A stretch of DNA of 64,000 nt from the human T2T-CHM13v2.0 reference genome, Homo sapiens. Both the position numbers and the translations under genes were made by a program. The notes beneath the pieces were generated by a model. It worked only from the letters and a program-made list of their open reading frames with translations. It ran no database searches and was not told where the DNA came from. Shown here one piece after another: positions 21,471-54,240 of this stretch. The stretch's first letter is position 1. The number at the start of each line of letters is the position of its first letter. The stretch is taken from the NCBI RefSeq assembly GCF_009914755.1, contig NC_060927.1; one strand, given 5' to 3'.

Positions 21471-22317
21471 TTAAGAACTCCCCTATATGGACTTAGAGTT
21501 TGTGGCCCCTGGCCTGTGGTGTGTCTACTATATTTGTGCTTTGTTCTGAAGCTTTACTTCAAATGTTATTCATCTGTTGGTGTTTGGATATTGCAAAACC
21601 TATCAATGTAGAAAGAGTTAAAAAGAATCAGTGTATCATTATAATGGAAATGAAAATATTTACAGATTGTAGCAAAGTTGAAAGTGATGCAAAATGTATG
21701 TATTTATGGAATGAATTCATCTATAGCAGGAACTTTCTGAAGGTCAAAGAGCAAATTGTGCAACCTGTGAAGTGCTGTTCCTGTGTCATTGAAGTTAATC
21801 AGCAAGAGACAAGGAAAAGTGACTGATGAGACAGGGGTAAACCTTTCAATTCAAGGATCACCATCAATGCCTGATTGTTGGGAACTTAAAGTTTATTCAG
21901 GGAAAGCAAGGAGTTGATCAAAGAATTAAAACCTTAAAACAATGAAAGTGCTGCTGTTGAACTTTCACCTTAAGCCACACAGGGTTTTTAAATTCAGAGC
22001 TCCTTACTCACCTGCTCAACATCAAAGTGAATGTCTGGTGGCTAATGCAAATACTACAGCTGCTAGGACATTCCTTAGGCTACTGGGAAAGAAAGATAGT
22101 TAAGACTTCAACAGATTCTTTATTTCTTTTTTAATGTGGTCAAAACTCCTTTTAAGAGGAGGGAATAAAAGCCTGATAGAAGAAGGTTATCAGCATAGAG
22201 GAGAAGGATATTTCTGGTTTGAATTTGACAAAGGATCAAGTAATATATCTACTTGCTGGAAATGTACCCAGGGACTATAAGCATACTCCCTTTCTAGGCC
22301 CTTGCAAACAGTTTAAC

Positions 22318-24696
<2,379 letters not shown>

Positions 24697-25029
24697 TAGC
24701 TTTAATGTTAAATGAGGGCCTGATGGCAAAAGTATATTTTGATATATAGTGTATTAGGTGTCTTTTTACCTTTCTTCCTTAGGAAGAAATTCAGCGAAAA
24801 TGTGTTACTAAAATAAGTAGGGCTGAAGAGTGTAGAAAAATCGAAAAAGAAAGGTACGTCTTTTTTTACTGGTGGTTCTCTTCCTAGTAAGTCTATTGTG
24901 TGTGATCCCAGTTGTGCTGAAATTTTTAAGGATTTGTAAGTGATAAATAGGTAGGCTTCTTGTGCCTCCTGCTATCCTTTCTGTTTTTAAAGAGGGAGGG
25001 TTACCCAAGTGATGAGAAGCAAATTTGGA

Positions 25030-25545
25030 CAACCATCACCACTAATTTTAGAATATTTTCATCATCTCAAAAAGAAACCTTGTACCCATCCCATTCCTAC
25101 CTGCCACTTCAGCCTTTTGTAAGCACTCATGTACTTTTTGTCTGTATAGCTTTGCCTATTCTGGATGTTTCATATAAAATGAATCATTATAATACATCAG
25201 TCTTTTGTGACTGACTTCTTTTACTTCACATAATGTTTTAAACGTTCATTCATGTTATAGCATGTTATCAATACTTCACCCCTTTATTGCCAAATAATAT
25301 TCAGTTATATGAATGTCTACCACATTTGTTTATTCATTTATCAGTTGATGGATAGTTGGATTATTTTCCCTTTTTGGCTATTATGAATAATGCCAACATT
25401 TGTGTAGAAGTTTTTATGAGAACATGTTTTTAGTTCTCTTGGATGTATACCTAGGAGTGGAATTGCTGAGTTGTATACTAACTTTATGTTTAACATTTTG
25501 AGGACCTGACAAACTCTTTTTCCAAAGAGGTTGTACCGTTTTATG
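25030..25545 (-). mobile_element. Old L1 (L1MB/ME-like) 3' fragment
   Basis: Typical L1M 3'UTR text (ttttagaatattttcatcatctcaaaaagaaacc; tatacctaggagtggaattgctg). Confidence 0.75.
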
Positions 25546-25749
25546 TAGCTGAATTTTAAATCACCTAGTTTTCAGATTCTAATTTCATATATATTAAAGG
25601 AGAACCTTAGCTGAAATGAGTGGTTTGAATTAATAGGGGAAAAATTCACTTGCAATAGTTGGCAAAGCTGGAAGCATTTTTTTAAAAAGTACATTTGGAA
25701 TTATTACTATTAATATTTGGCCCTTTTTTGTTTTTGTTTTTTTTTGCAG

Positions 25750-25897
25750 TTTTATCTTCAAGACACTAAAAGTAGTAATGGTACTTTTATAAATAGCCAG
25801 AGATTGAGTCGAGGCTCTGAAGAAAGTCCACCATGTGAAATTCTTTCCGGTGACATTATCCAGTTTGGAGTAGACGTGACAGAGAATACACGGAAAG
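25750..25897 (+). CDS. SLMAP: SLMAP coding exon (148 nt, phase 0->1), C-terminal part of FHA domain: [49 protein letters not shown]
   Basis: Long T tract plus TTGCAG acceptor; AAG|GTACGG donor; FHA-type D-x-x-S-x-N-G-T-F-I-N and GDIIQFG motifs; peptide recognised as SLMAP. Confidence 0.97.
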
Positions 25898-26109
25898 GTA
25901 CGGGTATGGATCACTTTTTTTATTACTTGTCTTTTAAAGGTTATTTAATTTTTTATTATCTTACTTGACATTATGAAACATTACATGCTTGTGAAAGCGA
26001 TTTAAATACAGCATTATATACAGTGAAAAGTTAAAAGTCTCATACTTTCCGTATTGCTCTTCTAAAATTTTAAATTCTGAAGTGTTATTTAGTAGTTTAT
26101 ATTCTTCAT

Positions 26110-26730
26110 CACAGTCAGGGACCAGTCAGCTGCAATGACAGCATACCCCACCAAGACAAGCTTAAATCACAGGATATTTATTATTGATGATGAGACTTAA
26201 TGAGAGATCTGGAGGCAGATAGGTTCATTTGTTCAGTTGACTCAATGAGATCATCAGGGATCCAGGGTCTTACTGTCTTCCTGTTCTACTGTCTTAAACA
26301 TTTTAGTTTCTCATGCTTTTGGTTGTTGCTTCATGGTCATAAGATGATGGCTGCAAGCCCCAGGCATCATTTTCCTCACACCAGTATCCTAGGCAAAAAG
26401 GATGAGGCGGGGATAAAATGCCTTCTTGTGTGGCTCTCTTCTTATGTTGAAAGAACAATCTTTTGCAGAATCCTCCCAGCAGATTTCTCCTTAGGTCTCA
26501 CTGGCCACATGGGTAGATCGCATACATAGTTACCTGCAGCTACAAAGAAGTCTGGTGAAGTTACTTAATCTCGTGAAAGGGAGCAAGAAGATCTATGATT
26601 GACATAGATCAGTTTTGATTTATTCCTTCAGGTTGTGTGTACATTGTTACCCCAAACAAAATTAGAGCTCTCTTAGCAAGAAAGAAGATGGAAAGGTAGT
26701 AGAGGTAGGCAGCTAATAGTAGCTATCACA
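26110..26730 (-). mobile_element. MLT1-type (ERVL-MaLR) LTR, MLT1K/L-like
   Basis: ttcatggtcataagatgatggctgc..., cccagcagatttctccttaggtctcactggcca, cccaaacaaaattagagctct. Confidence 0.65.
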
Positions 26731-27795
26731 AGTATAAAATAAAATTTAATGTCTCACAATTTTTGAAAGTTCTTTAGCTAAATAAATGTAGATTGATCTT
26801 TGTTTTTACAATTCAGAAGCTTCCTGCCTCTACCTAGTTCACGGTCTTCTTTATGACCATGAAATTATATAGCTAAATCATAAAACTAAATGGATAAAAA
26901 CCATAAGTGTTTAGTTCCACTTCATTAGTTTAATATGGATAGTGCAACCATTTGGCAAGTTTCTCCTTTCATTTGTCTGAACATACTCTGATCTGGTGAT
27001 ACTGGTCAGAATTTTGCATAGTAGAGATGGTGATGGTGGTGATGATGATAATGCTGATGATGCTGGTGTGTGTGTGTTCATATGCATATTTATGCATATA
27101 CTTTCACTGGTATTGCAACAGCAGTATTATTTTTAATGGGTTTTTTTGGCCTCCTCAGAAAGTTAGGTTTTGATATTTGAATTTGGGCAGGGCCAACATC
27201 TTAGGAATTTCCATTTACAATTGTAAACCAAAAAAGAAAGGTTTGTATTTTGGTAAAGAATATTGACACTTCTTACTAAGAGAATTCAACTTATATATGA
27301 CCATACTGGGAACAGCTGCATTAGACACTCCTATATCTGCTGTTGCCATATCACACCTACAAGTCATTCAGCAAACAGTAAACCGAGCTCATTAAATGGA
27401 ACCCCAACTGTGAGTAACCCATAGAGAAAAAGAGAATTTGATTACATTGTCTTTCTCTCCAAGGAATGTCTGTCTTCTTGGCTTGCATTTCCTAAAGGGA
27501 ATTATTAGGTGTTGATTGACAAAAAGGATGAGGTAATGAAATACATTTAGAGAATACTTAGGTAAGATAAGCAGGACTTCTTGGAGCTTTTAATATGCTA
27601 ACATATATGCAGATTTCCAAGGAGGTGGCCATTATAGAATGCAACTCTTTCCAAACTCCTTTCCACTGTTTTTTCCCATCTATCTGTGAGGGTCTATCTG
27701 TGAGGGATACTCTTTAGAAAATGCTATAGAAAGCTAAGAAGATGACCCTGAGATTCAAGGTTCCTCTTAGTATAATCTTATTTTAGTAACATTAG

Positions 27796-28083
27796 TTTTT
27801 TTTTTTTGAGACGGAGTCTCACTCTGTTGCCAGGCTGGAGTGCAGTGGCACCATCTCCAGTCACTGCAACCTGTCTCCCGGGCTCAAGTGATTCTCCTGC
27901 CTCAGCCTCTCGAGTAGCTGGGACTACAGGTGCATGCCACCATGCCCAGCTAATTTTTGTATTTCTAGTAGAGACGGGGTTTCACCATGTTGGCCAGGAT
28001 GGTCTCGTTCTCTTGACCTCGTGATCTGCCCATCTCAGCCTCCCAAAGTGCTGGGATTACAGGCTAAGCCATCACGCCTGGCC
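27796..28083 (-). mobile_element. Alu
   Basis: Dimeric Alu; TSD AGTAACATTAG. Confidence 0.92.
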
Positions 28084-28379
28084 AGTAACATTAGATTTTT
28101 ACAGTCTTCTGTGAAATTTGATTTATCTTTTATGCTAACTTTAAGGAGATTAGATTTAAAAAAAAAAAAACTTGCAACATTTAAAATGTTGTTTCTTTTG
28201 GTACTTACTGGCTTCAAAAAGTTGACTTATGTTAAGCACGGGCTCTTGGGATACAGCTGTGTCACCAGTTGAGTACTACCTGTTTAAGGACATACCAGAA
28301 AAAAAGTATTGATTTTTATCCTATGCTAAACAGTGCTGTGATAACTTTTGTATCACTTGGAGAATGCTCCTGAAATTAT

Positions 28380-30300
<1,921 letters not shown>

Positions 30301-30864
30301 TGAATGATAAATAGGATTTATGAAAGGATGTTTTTGGCATCAGTGTGTATCATACTAAAAACAATGGAAGCATAATTTTAAAACTCCCCATTTTACAGGT
30401 ATTAAAAAGAAAAAATTATATTAATTGCAGGGATTTCTATAAGATATAATGTTGAGTAAAGAAAGAATCAATTGTTTTTAATAATTTCATTATTTAAAAT
30501 AGTCTCACCAATCCCTATAAATACATATATGTTAGACATATATATCTCTAGATCTTTAATGTGAGTCGTCCAGGAGTGTGGGTGGGAGGGAAGAAGGAAT
30601 AGAGGAGAAGAGGGAGCCAAATTAAAAGGGAAAGGTTACTAGAACTACAATTAAAAAATCACCCAGTATGTAGGACATTTATGTATTTATATAAACTAAT
30701 TTGTGTATATGTTAAAAAATTTCAGAAAAAGAATATATATAATATGTAAGATTGTATGTGTGTGTATCAGGATTTTGTTAAAAAGGTAACATGAGCCTAA
30801 TACCACTGAACATATCGGTTCATATTAGTGTCATTTCTGTTCTTAGCAATCCAAAACAATCTGT

Positions 30865-33604
<2,740 letters not shown>

Positions 33605-33795
33605 AATAGATGGTTCTTGATCTGTGTTAGCACTTTTTATATAATCAATTAGTAATGAAAATCAATATTGAATACATGGTGTTAAATTCCTTAATTTTAA
33701 TGTGCATTTCCAGATGACAGTCATATTACTTCATGTTTATAATATCATCTTGATGATTCGTCGGCCTGATCATTTAATATCCCCAAATGCATTAG

Positions 33796-34659
<864 letters not shown>

Positions 34660-35664
34660 TAATTTACGTATAACACAATTTTACATGTACAATTCAGTGA
34701 GTTTTGACAAATATATATGGTCTCATAACCACCACTCCCCTAATCATGATGTAGTGTATTCTCATCAGCCTGCATTAGTTTTTAATCAGAGCTTAGTGAA
34801 ATAAATAATTCTTTGAACTCTGGAAAATGTAATACAGTATTTGAAGAATAAAGAGAAATAAAAAACCGTCAACCTTCAAGCCAGAAAACAATTTTTTAAA
34901 ATTAAACCCACATATAGAGAAACTCTGTACAAGTGCTACTTTCAGGAGTTTTGTCTCTTAAAATCTTCAATAGGAAAAGGAGGAAGTAAGATGCAACAGT
35001 GAGAAGCTGTCTACAAAGGGACTGTACTGATGTCATTTTGGGGGTGGAGGAAGAAACAACTATCAAGAAAACAAAACAAAATTTTAAATATTGAAATGGA
35101 AACATGAGACACTAGCAAACAATTCTGATACTTAATAGCAGAGAATTGTGGAAGCAGTTTCACTTGTCTGAGGTCTTGGTTTTCTCACCCATAAAATGGG
35201 GGATTGAGTGGCATTTCTCAACTGTATTATGCAGAACTTTAGAGTTTTGTGAGGTGTGGTTAGGTGTGTAATAGGTTGGGGAAGGGAAGATTTGGAATAA
35301 GAACTATATTTTAAATTTGGGAATAGTCAGACCTTATGTTTGATACTGGCAGATGGGGAAAAGTGTATTTCCCCCTCACAATTTTATTTCCATATATTCA
35401 ACTGACTTTTTATTGACTATTATTACAGAATTGGAGATTAAGACACTTTTCAAAATGATTCTATCCTTATTTCTACCTTGAAATTGTGATTCGTTATGGA
35501 CAAGATGAGTTTCTCCAGGGTAATAATGTCATTAAACCACTAGCTTTATTTTCTTTCTGAGAAATTGTTACTTTTAAGAATAAACTATGTTTACATATGA
35601 GAGGTGTGAAGTTTTATATTTTTAAACAATTATTTCATCCATATTATTTGTTTGTTTCAACCAG

Positions 35665-35737
35665 TTACCCATGGGTGTATTGTTTCCACAATAAAACTTT
35701 TTCTACCAGATGGTATGGAAGCCCGGCTCCGCTCAGA
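35665..35737 (+). CDS. SLMAP: SLMAP coding exon (73 nt, phase 1->2): (V)THGCIVSTIKLFLPDGMEARLRS(D)
   Basis: ttgtttcaaccAG acceptor, AGA|GTGAGT donor; frame continues from the previous exon. Confidence 0.96.
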
Positions 35738-37635
35738 GTGAGTATAATTTAGTACTGTGAAGTTTTTGTGAAGTTTAGTACTGTAAAGAATTTAGTAATA
35801 ATATTCTAGGTGATGGTGTACTGCTAATACCTGCTTCAGGACTATTTAAATAATATTAGAAAATTGATTAGTACTTTTTGGAATATAATACACTTCAGTT
35901 TAAATTGCTTCTTTGCTTTAGTTACAATTCTAGTAAATAATAATGTATCAAAGGCAAAGATTATTTTGTTTCCAAATTTAATTTATATTTTGATGGATAA
36001 TTAGTTGTTTTTCACAATGTTTCAAGTATATAAGTTACTGGTAAGTGATAGCTTCATTCCTTTTTATTTTCATTTAATATAGGACTTCTTAAACTGTGAT
36101 CACTTCTGGTATTAATGCCAGTGTCACAATCTTATAAGACCTTGAGGATACCAATATAGTTGTTAGCTTATTTTGGTGGGAGGTTTTTGAAGATTTTTCC
36201 AATGTCCTATTTACTTTTTGTATGAAGGAGTGTAAAGGTCATTTAGAGGCCGACATTTGAAAGGGAAAATTACCCATAAAATCTAGATTTTTAAAAGCAT
36301 ATGTAAGTACATTTTGATCTTGGGGTTTTCAGAGATTATTATTATGAAGTGTTGAAGGGAGTTGAGCAATCTTTAAACTTAACATTTTTTATTTGTGGGA
36401 AAAGCCTTGAATATGCTAGAAGCTTGTTTTTATACCCAACATAATATTTTCCTGTCTTTCAAAAACAGAGACAGTGACCTGAGGGTAGGAGGTTAAGAGA
36501 AGCAATAAATTGAAGGAAAAGTAGAGCATTGAATAGGAAAGTGAGAAGGAAAGATTAAGCAGAGCGAGGCCCTCCCATTACTGTCCGTGCTTTCAGTAGA
36601 ATCATTTATTTTATGCTTGTTAGAAGCCACATACTTTTCCTTTGTTGTTTACTTTTCAAGATATCTGAAGCAAAATAGCATAGGTTTTAAAACATTTTAA
36701 TTCTTTTTTTCCTTTTTTTTTGTCCTTGGCATATGAAGTAATATCGTAAATTTAAAACATTAATGTGTTTTCTATTTGCGATTACAGCTTAATTATTAAA
36801 ATTAAAATAAACTTTAGGAAGTTTAATATAACTTAGCTTTTAAGAGTTAAGAATTAAGGTTTTAGAAATGAGTAACTATTAATCAACTAATGATATATTG
36901 CTTCTTAAAGACCTTGATGTTTGTATTTGATAATGAGATTTTTCTTTCATGCAGTTTGAAAACTTTGAACAGTTACGTAAGGAATCATCTGTGTTCTCAG
37001 GTTCCATCTAGTAGAACTTGTAAATTTTTTCAAAGTCAGTTGGAATGTATTGTGTCTCTATCCTTTGTGTTTCTCTAATTCTTTTCATCTTTGCCCATTT
37101 TCTTCTCATTGTTTGTCTTTTCTTATATGGTTAAATATTAGTATCACTTAAATTTTTGCTGCCAATATAGTTATACATAATCTAACTTTCTGGAGAAGAT
37201 GAATTTTGAACAAGCAATTCTCCAGAGCTGGAGGAAGATCAGAATGGCCTTTAGAGTTGGGTAGTCCAGTTTAAAGTCTGACTCCACTTGTTCTGTGACT
37301 TGATCAGGCAACATTTTTCTCATTTGAAATATGAAGATGATGATAGTACCTATTTAACAGGAATTTTATGAGAATTAAACAAGATTTAGTACTTAAAGAA
37401 CTTGGCATAGTACTTGGCATATAATAAGCACACAATAAACTTTAGCTGTTTCTATTACTGTAAACTAATTTTTAAAAGCATTAAGATGCTTTTGGGTATG
37501 CCAGAAAGCCTAGAGTTTAAGTTCCATTGTGTACATAGCATTTATTGCTTTTAAGAACTTCAGAAGATAGTAAGTACTCAACAAGCTGACTTTTTTCCTT
37601 CCTTAATTTTTATTACACTGCACAAATAATTTTCC

Positions 37636-41224
<3,589 letters not shown>

Positions 41225-41562
41225 GAAAATGGATAAAGAGTACTCCTTTTCTGTATAGAAATTCGTATAATCAAGTAATTCATCATATCCCTCAAAAAGT
41301 AGTGGCTCCTCAAAGAGCATTTAATACATTTTGGATTTGGAATTTGTTTTTAGAACTATATTGATGTGTACAAGGTAGGTTTACATATTTTTGTTTTCTA
41401 AGAATTTTATACATTTATGAAGGATTGAAAAATAGTTCACCTTTTTTTAATTACATGAAGGCAAATGTATAAACTTTGTGGTGTAAGATATTCTGGTGCT
41501 CTCATACTCTGTTTCCTCTATTGTCCGGATATTAGATAAAACTTCTAAATTTTACTTTTCAG

Positions 41563-41599
41563 TGTCATCCATGCACCATTACCAAGTCCTGTTGACAAA
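41563..41599 (+). CDS. SLMAP: SLMAP small coding exon (37 nt, phase 2->0): (D)VIHAPLPSPVDK
   Basis: tttacttttcAG acceptor, AAA|GTAAGT donor; restores phase 0 for the next exon. Confidence 0.94.
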
Positions 41600-42489
41600 G
41601 TAAGTTGCTAATGATTATTTTTTCCAAACTGACTCAGCTATGTTGCTTTGAAAATGTTTGTTTTTAATATGCTTTACCTAGAAATTTATTTCTCTTTTAT
41701 AACAAAATATGTAGAATGCATATAGCTATATAGTTATTATAATCTTCTGATCTTCAATATCTGGAGAATCTAAGATGGATGTTTCTTCAGAAAAAGGCTT
41801 TGTTATCTCAGTTAAATTATTCACTGTGTAAACTAGGAGTACCTGTTTTGTGTCTAGCCAGGGATAAGGAGTATTCGCTGTTACTTTTTATTCTGAGATA
41901 CAAGTCTGTCTAGAAATTTGTTTAAGTTTCTACCTAAATAGTTCACTCAACATTTCCCAATACAGGGAGGTAATACAGAAATACAGGCTTACAAAAATTG
42001 TTCTTTTATTTTCTTTGAAGGTTACTTTTTACCTGATCTGATCAGAAACTTTGCAATAATTGCTTGCTAGAAAGCATTTTTCTTTTGTTCAGAAATAATG
42101 GTTTATTCAATTATAGGTTTCATTGCTAATTAGCCCCCCAAAATACATCTTTTGACATTAATGTGAGAGTCTAGTTTTCTTAGTGCAGTAACTAAACTAG
42201 TGGAAAAAATATTTTATGTTTTTCTTCCATTTGAATGAAGAATGAAAGCCTGCTTAAAACTGAAGTTCTCTGTTAGACTCCTTTTTTAAAAGTAAAAGTG
42301 GTTAATCATCAACTTCTGCAATACCAAAGATTATTCAGAAGTAAATAATGGTCCTGCTAATTTAGAACTAAATTTAAAAAATAATGCCAACTCTCTGCTG
42401 TCTCGTCAGCATATTAATTAAAGTATACTTTCCAAGCTTAATAAGGACTGGTGCTATAACATCATTAATAAGCTGACACATAGGGGTGA

Positions 42490-46577
<4,088 letters not shown>

Positions 46578-48026
46578 CCCTACATTCTTTTATAGGAATC
46601 AATCAGTGAGAACAGTTTCATCTTAGTTAAGAATGTACACATCTATGAAAATGAACAGAAAATTATCAATGTATTAATCAGATCTTATCTTCCACCAGGC
46701 ATAATGTATGCATAGAAAAACATTACACATTTGGATTTTAATAGAGTATTTAAGAGTATTCTAAGCCAAAATTCCCTCATTTAATCCTTGGCTTTAATTT
46801 CTGACCTACTGGAAAAGTTGTTTAACCCTTTTGTGCCTCATTTTCCTCATCTGTGAAATGGATATAGTAATAGCACTTAACTTACACAGAATTGTGAAGA
46901 ATAAAAAAATTAATATATGTAAAGCACTTAGAACAGTTCCTGGCACATAGAATGTATGCCATAAATGTTAGTAGTTTACCATTCAATAGGAAGGCACATT
47001 AATTAAGCTGCTTATTATTAGAGGTGGAAGAAAACTTTGAGATTAATGTAGTTTAAACCTCATTTTTCATATGAGAAATGTGGGGCTCATATAGGTTAAA
47101 TTATTTGCCCAGGCATGTATACTACTGTTACTAGTCATCGTGGATAGCAAATCTCACTCCCTCACTCTCTCACTCTTTCCAACCTTCTTGTTCTGTGAAT
47201 ATCCCTAGTGTCCTAATCCTCTGCTGTTCCTTTTCTAGCTCTTTGAGATAAAATTATACCAGTCTTTTCTGTATATGTTCTTATTGAACTGCTAAAGTTC
47301 TAATGTAAATTGTGAACATTTTAAGTAAAAACTGGAATAGATGCATTTTATACCTTAGAACTAACTAAAAGACCATTCCTGGACATATTAGATTTCTGTT
47401 AGGATATAGTTCATGGAGTTAAACTCTAAATGGAATTGAATTAAAAAGGTGAAATTACACCATCTAGTGGAAGTAGATTCTAAAGATATGGTTGGTTGAT
47501 GGTTTTGTTTTTCAGTAAAACTTTTTGCAGCATCTGAGTGATTTCCTGAATGTTAGGAATGTTTTAGGAACTTAAACTTGGCAAATAGTCTCTTAAGTGA
47601 AGCTGTGTTTTAATATGGATTCTGAGGTGTATGGCTTTTTATTAGATTCTTTAACCGATAGCTTTATTATAACCTATAGCTTATATTAAAATGTAGTACC
47701 TCTAAGTAGACAAAATTTTCCGTAGTCATTATTTATCAAGGATGTGGAGAGCAATAAATTAATGCTTTAAACCTCAAGTACTATGTTTGAAGTGTATACT
47801 TCTCTGTTGAGGTGTCTCAGAGGCGTTAGGGTCATAAGTGTTCCTCTGGATAATGACAGGAATAGAACAAGGTGAAGAAGGTATGCCAAAACCACAACTA
47901 AGTGCTATGAGCATTTCACCTTGATTCTGAGTAAAGGAGTCTCGCTTAACAGCTATTAACTGTTAACAAGCCACCTAAAGTTTAGACTTTGTACACCAAT
48001 GTCTTTCTCTGTAAAATATATCTTTG

Positions 48027-49003
<977 letters not shown>

Positions 49004-49200
49004 TTAAAAGGAAAAATTAAAAGCTATTTCTATTTTGGATATCATACTTGTGCAATTAAGCCATTATAAAGTATTTTTGCTGATGACCAGATTATCTTGG
49101 CTTCAGTTGGAATGAGTTTGTTCTGAGATGTATATATTTCACATATATTCACATATATGTGTATGTGGTTGTATATATACACATGTATACATGTATATAC

Positions 49201-51364
<2,164 letters not shown>

Positions 51365-51628
51365 TGTATGTGTGTATGCATAGATATATGTCTACATACA
51401 CACAGTGTGTATGTATGTGTGTGTGTGTATAAAATGCAAACCTGAAACATTTGTTAGCTTTTTCTATTGTATGTTTTTAAAAACTTGCTCTTCCAAATTA
51501 TGAATAAAAAGAAAACAAAAAACAGGTGACTTGTTTTCTATTATGGGAGAAGTTGCAGTTAGAGAACCTCTAATAGCAGTACTTTCAGCCCAACAAATGA
51601 GACTAAAATGATGTGGCCCATATACATG

Positions 51629-51943
51629 GAGTAGCCATTTCCTATCTGCAGGGAATATGTTCCATGACCCCCAGTAGATGCCTGAAATCACAGATAGTAC
51701 CAAACCCTATATCTACTATGTTTTTTCCTATATATACACATACCTATGATAAAGTTTGACTTATAAATTAAGCATAGTAAGAAATTAACAATAATAATAA
51801 AATAGAACAATTACAACAGTATACTGTTATGTGAATAAAAGTTATGTGAATGTCAACATTCTGTCTGTCTCTCTCAAAATATCTTGTACTGCACTATAAC
51901 TGAAACTGTGGAAAGGGAAACCAGAGATAAGCGGGGACTGCTG
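51629..51943. mobile_element. MER44A-like (Tigger7) MITE
   Basis: gacccccagtagatgcctgaaatcacagatagtaccaaaccctatat... with terminal gataagcggggactgctg followed by TA. Confidence 0.78.
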
Positions 51944-52096
51944 TATGTTTTACAAAGTACTATCAAGTTTCACTACTTTAAAATACATCAAGTGGGATGT
52001 AATATGAAAATATTTTAGAATATGCTGAAAATTGATCACTCCTCAAAAGAATCATGATGAGCTTATTAGAATCTGTTTTGTGATTTGTAATACTAG

Positions 52097-52192
52097 GAGG
52101 CCTTACATCGGGAACAAATGTTGGAACAGAAGTTAGCCACGCTTCAGCGGCTACTAGCCATCACCCAAGAGGCTTCAGATACCAGTTGGCAG
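52097..52192 (+). CDS. SLMAP: SLMAP coding exon (96 nt, 0->0): EALHREQMLEQKLATLQRLLAITQEASDTSWQ, start of coiled coil
   Basis: tactAG acceptor, CAG|GTATTC donor, heptad-like peptide in frame. Confidence 0.95.
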
Positions 52193-52451
52193 GTATTCCA
52201 GTTGTTTTATATTTAAGAAACATTTAAACATAGTTTAATATTCCATACATGTTAAATAAACTAAAATGTAGCAAACAAAGACAAAGTTATTTCCTAACTA
52301 ATGAACAAGTTGTTGAAGATTTAGCATTTTACAGTGGATGCTGGTCAGTTTTACGCTTTTATATCTTTTGTTGTCAGTAGCAACCTTTTTTTATATACAT
52401 GTGACTTTATAATTACTCGGGTTTTACTTACATTTAATTTTTCTTCAATAG

Positions 52452-52523
52452 GCTTTAATAGATGAAGATAGACTCTTATCACGGTTAGAAGTTATGGGAA
52501 ACCAATTACAGGCATGCTCCAAA
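52452..52523 (+). CDS. SLMAP: SLMAP coding exon (72 nt, 0->0): ALIDEDRLLSRLEVMGNQLQACSK
   Basis: ttttcttcaatAG acceptor, AAA|GTAGGT donor, in frame. Confidence 0.95.
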
Positions 52524-53017
52524 GTAGGTATTAACCTCAAATGTGTAAAATGAAATGCATAGTTTTTTATGTAACATCATTTCTTTGACTATCATTTTGA
52601 GTATATGCTAAAAACTTCATACATTTCCACAATTCTTTTAAATCTTTTGTGCTGAGAAACGTCAGACATCCATGTAAATAAAAATAATTACATAATGAAT
52701 ACCCATGTACAAGTCTGTCTTTTTTCTATTGCAGTTAATATTTCTTGAAAAAACTGGGTCATTTGTCCTCTAGAATTTCCCTCAGTCTGCATTGTTATTT
52801 AAACATTTTTTAGCTCCCCCTCCCACTCCATAAAGTAGTAGTTCCATCTAGAGATTTGATGTGATTTAGGTTCAGTTTTTCTTTTTGTCAACAACACTTT
52901 ATGGATGGTATTGTGTTCTTCCACCAAGGGACAACATAATGTCTAGTTGTCTTTCTTTTTGAGATTTTTATCAATCATTGATGATCCCAGGCTAGATCCA
53001 TTATTTCATTACGGTTA

Positions 53018-53930
<913 letters not shown>

Positions 53931-53973
53931 AAAAGGAAAAACAATGGCCATTGTTTTTTGTAACTTTGGCATC

Positions 53974-54240
53974 AAAAACCAAATACCACATGTTCTCATT
54001 TATAAGTGGAAGCTAAGCTATAGGTATGTAAAGGCATAAAGAGTGCTATAATGGACATTGGAGACTCAGAAGTTGGGAAAGTGAGAGGGGAGTGAGGGAT
54101 GAAAAACTCCCTATTGAATACAATATACACTACTCAGGTAATGAGTGCACTAAAACCCCAGACATCACCACTACATAATTCATCCATGTAACCAAAAACC
54201 ACTTGTATCTCTAAAGGTATTGGAATAAAAAAATTTAAAT
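53974..54240 (+). mobile_element. L1PB-like 3' end, sense to the gene
   Basis: aaccaaataccacatgttctcatttataagtggaagctaa ... catccatgtaaccaaaaaccacttgta ... AATAAA. Confidence 0.8.

Noticed and set aside
21500-21826. 108-aa ORF in unique-looking sequence
   Set aside because: No recognisable domain, splice frame or retrocopy hallmarks
52193-52200. GTATTCCA donor as a U12-type intron
   Set aside because: Does not match GTATCCTT and no U12 branch motif precedes the next acceptor
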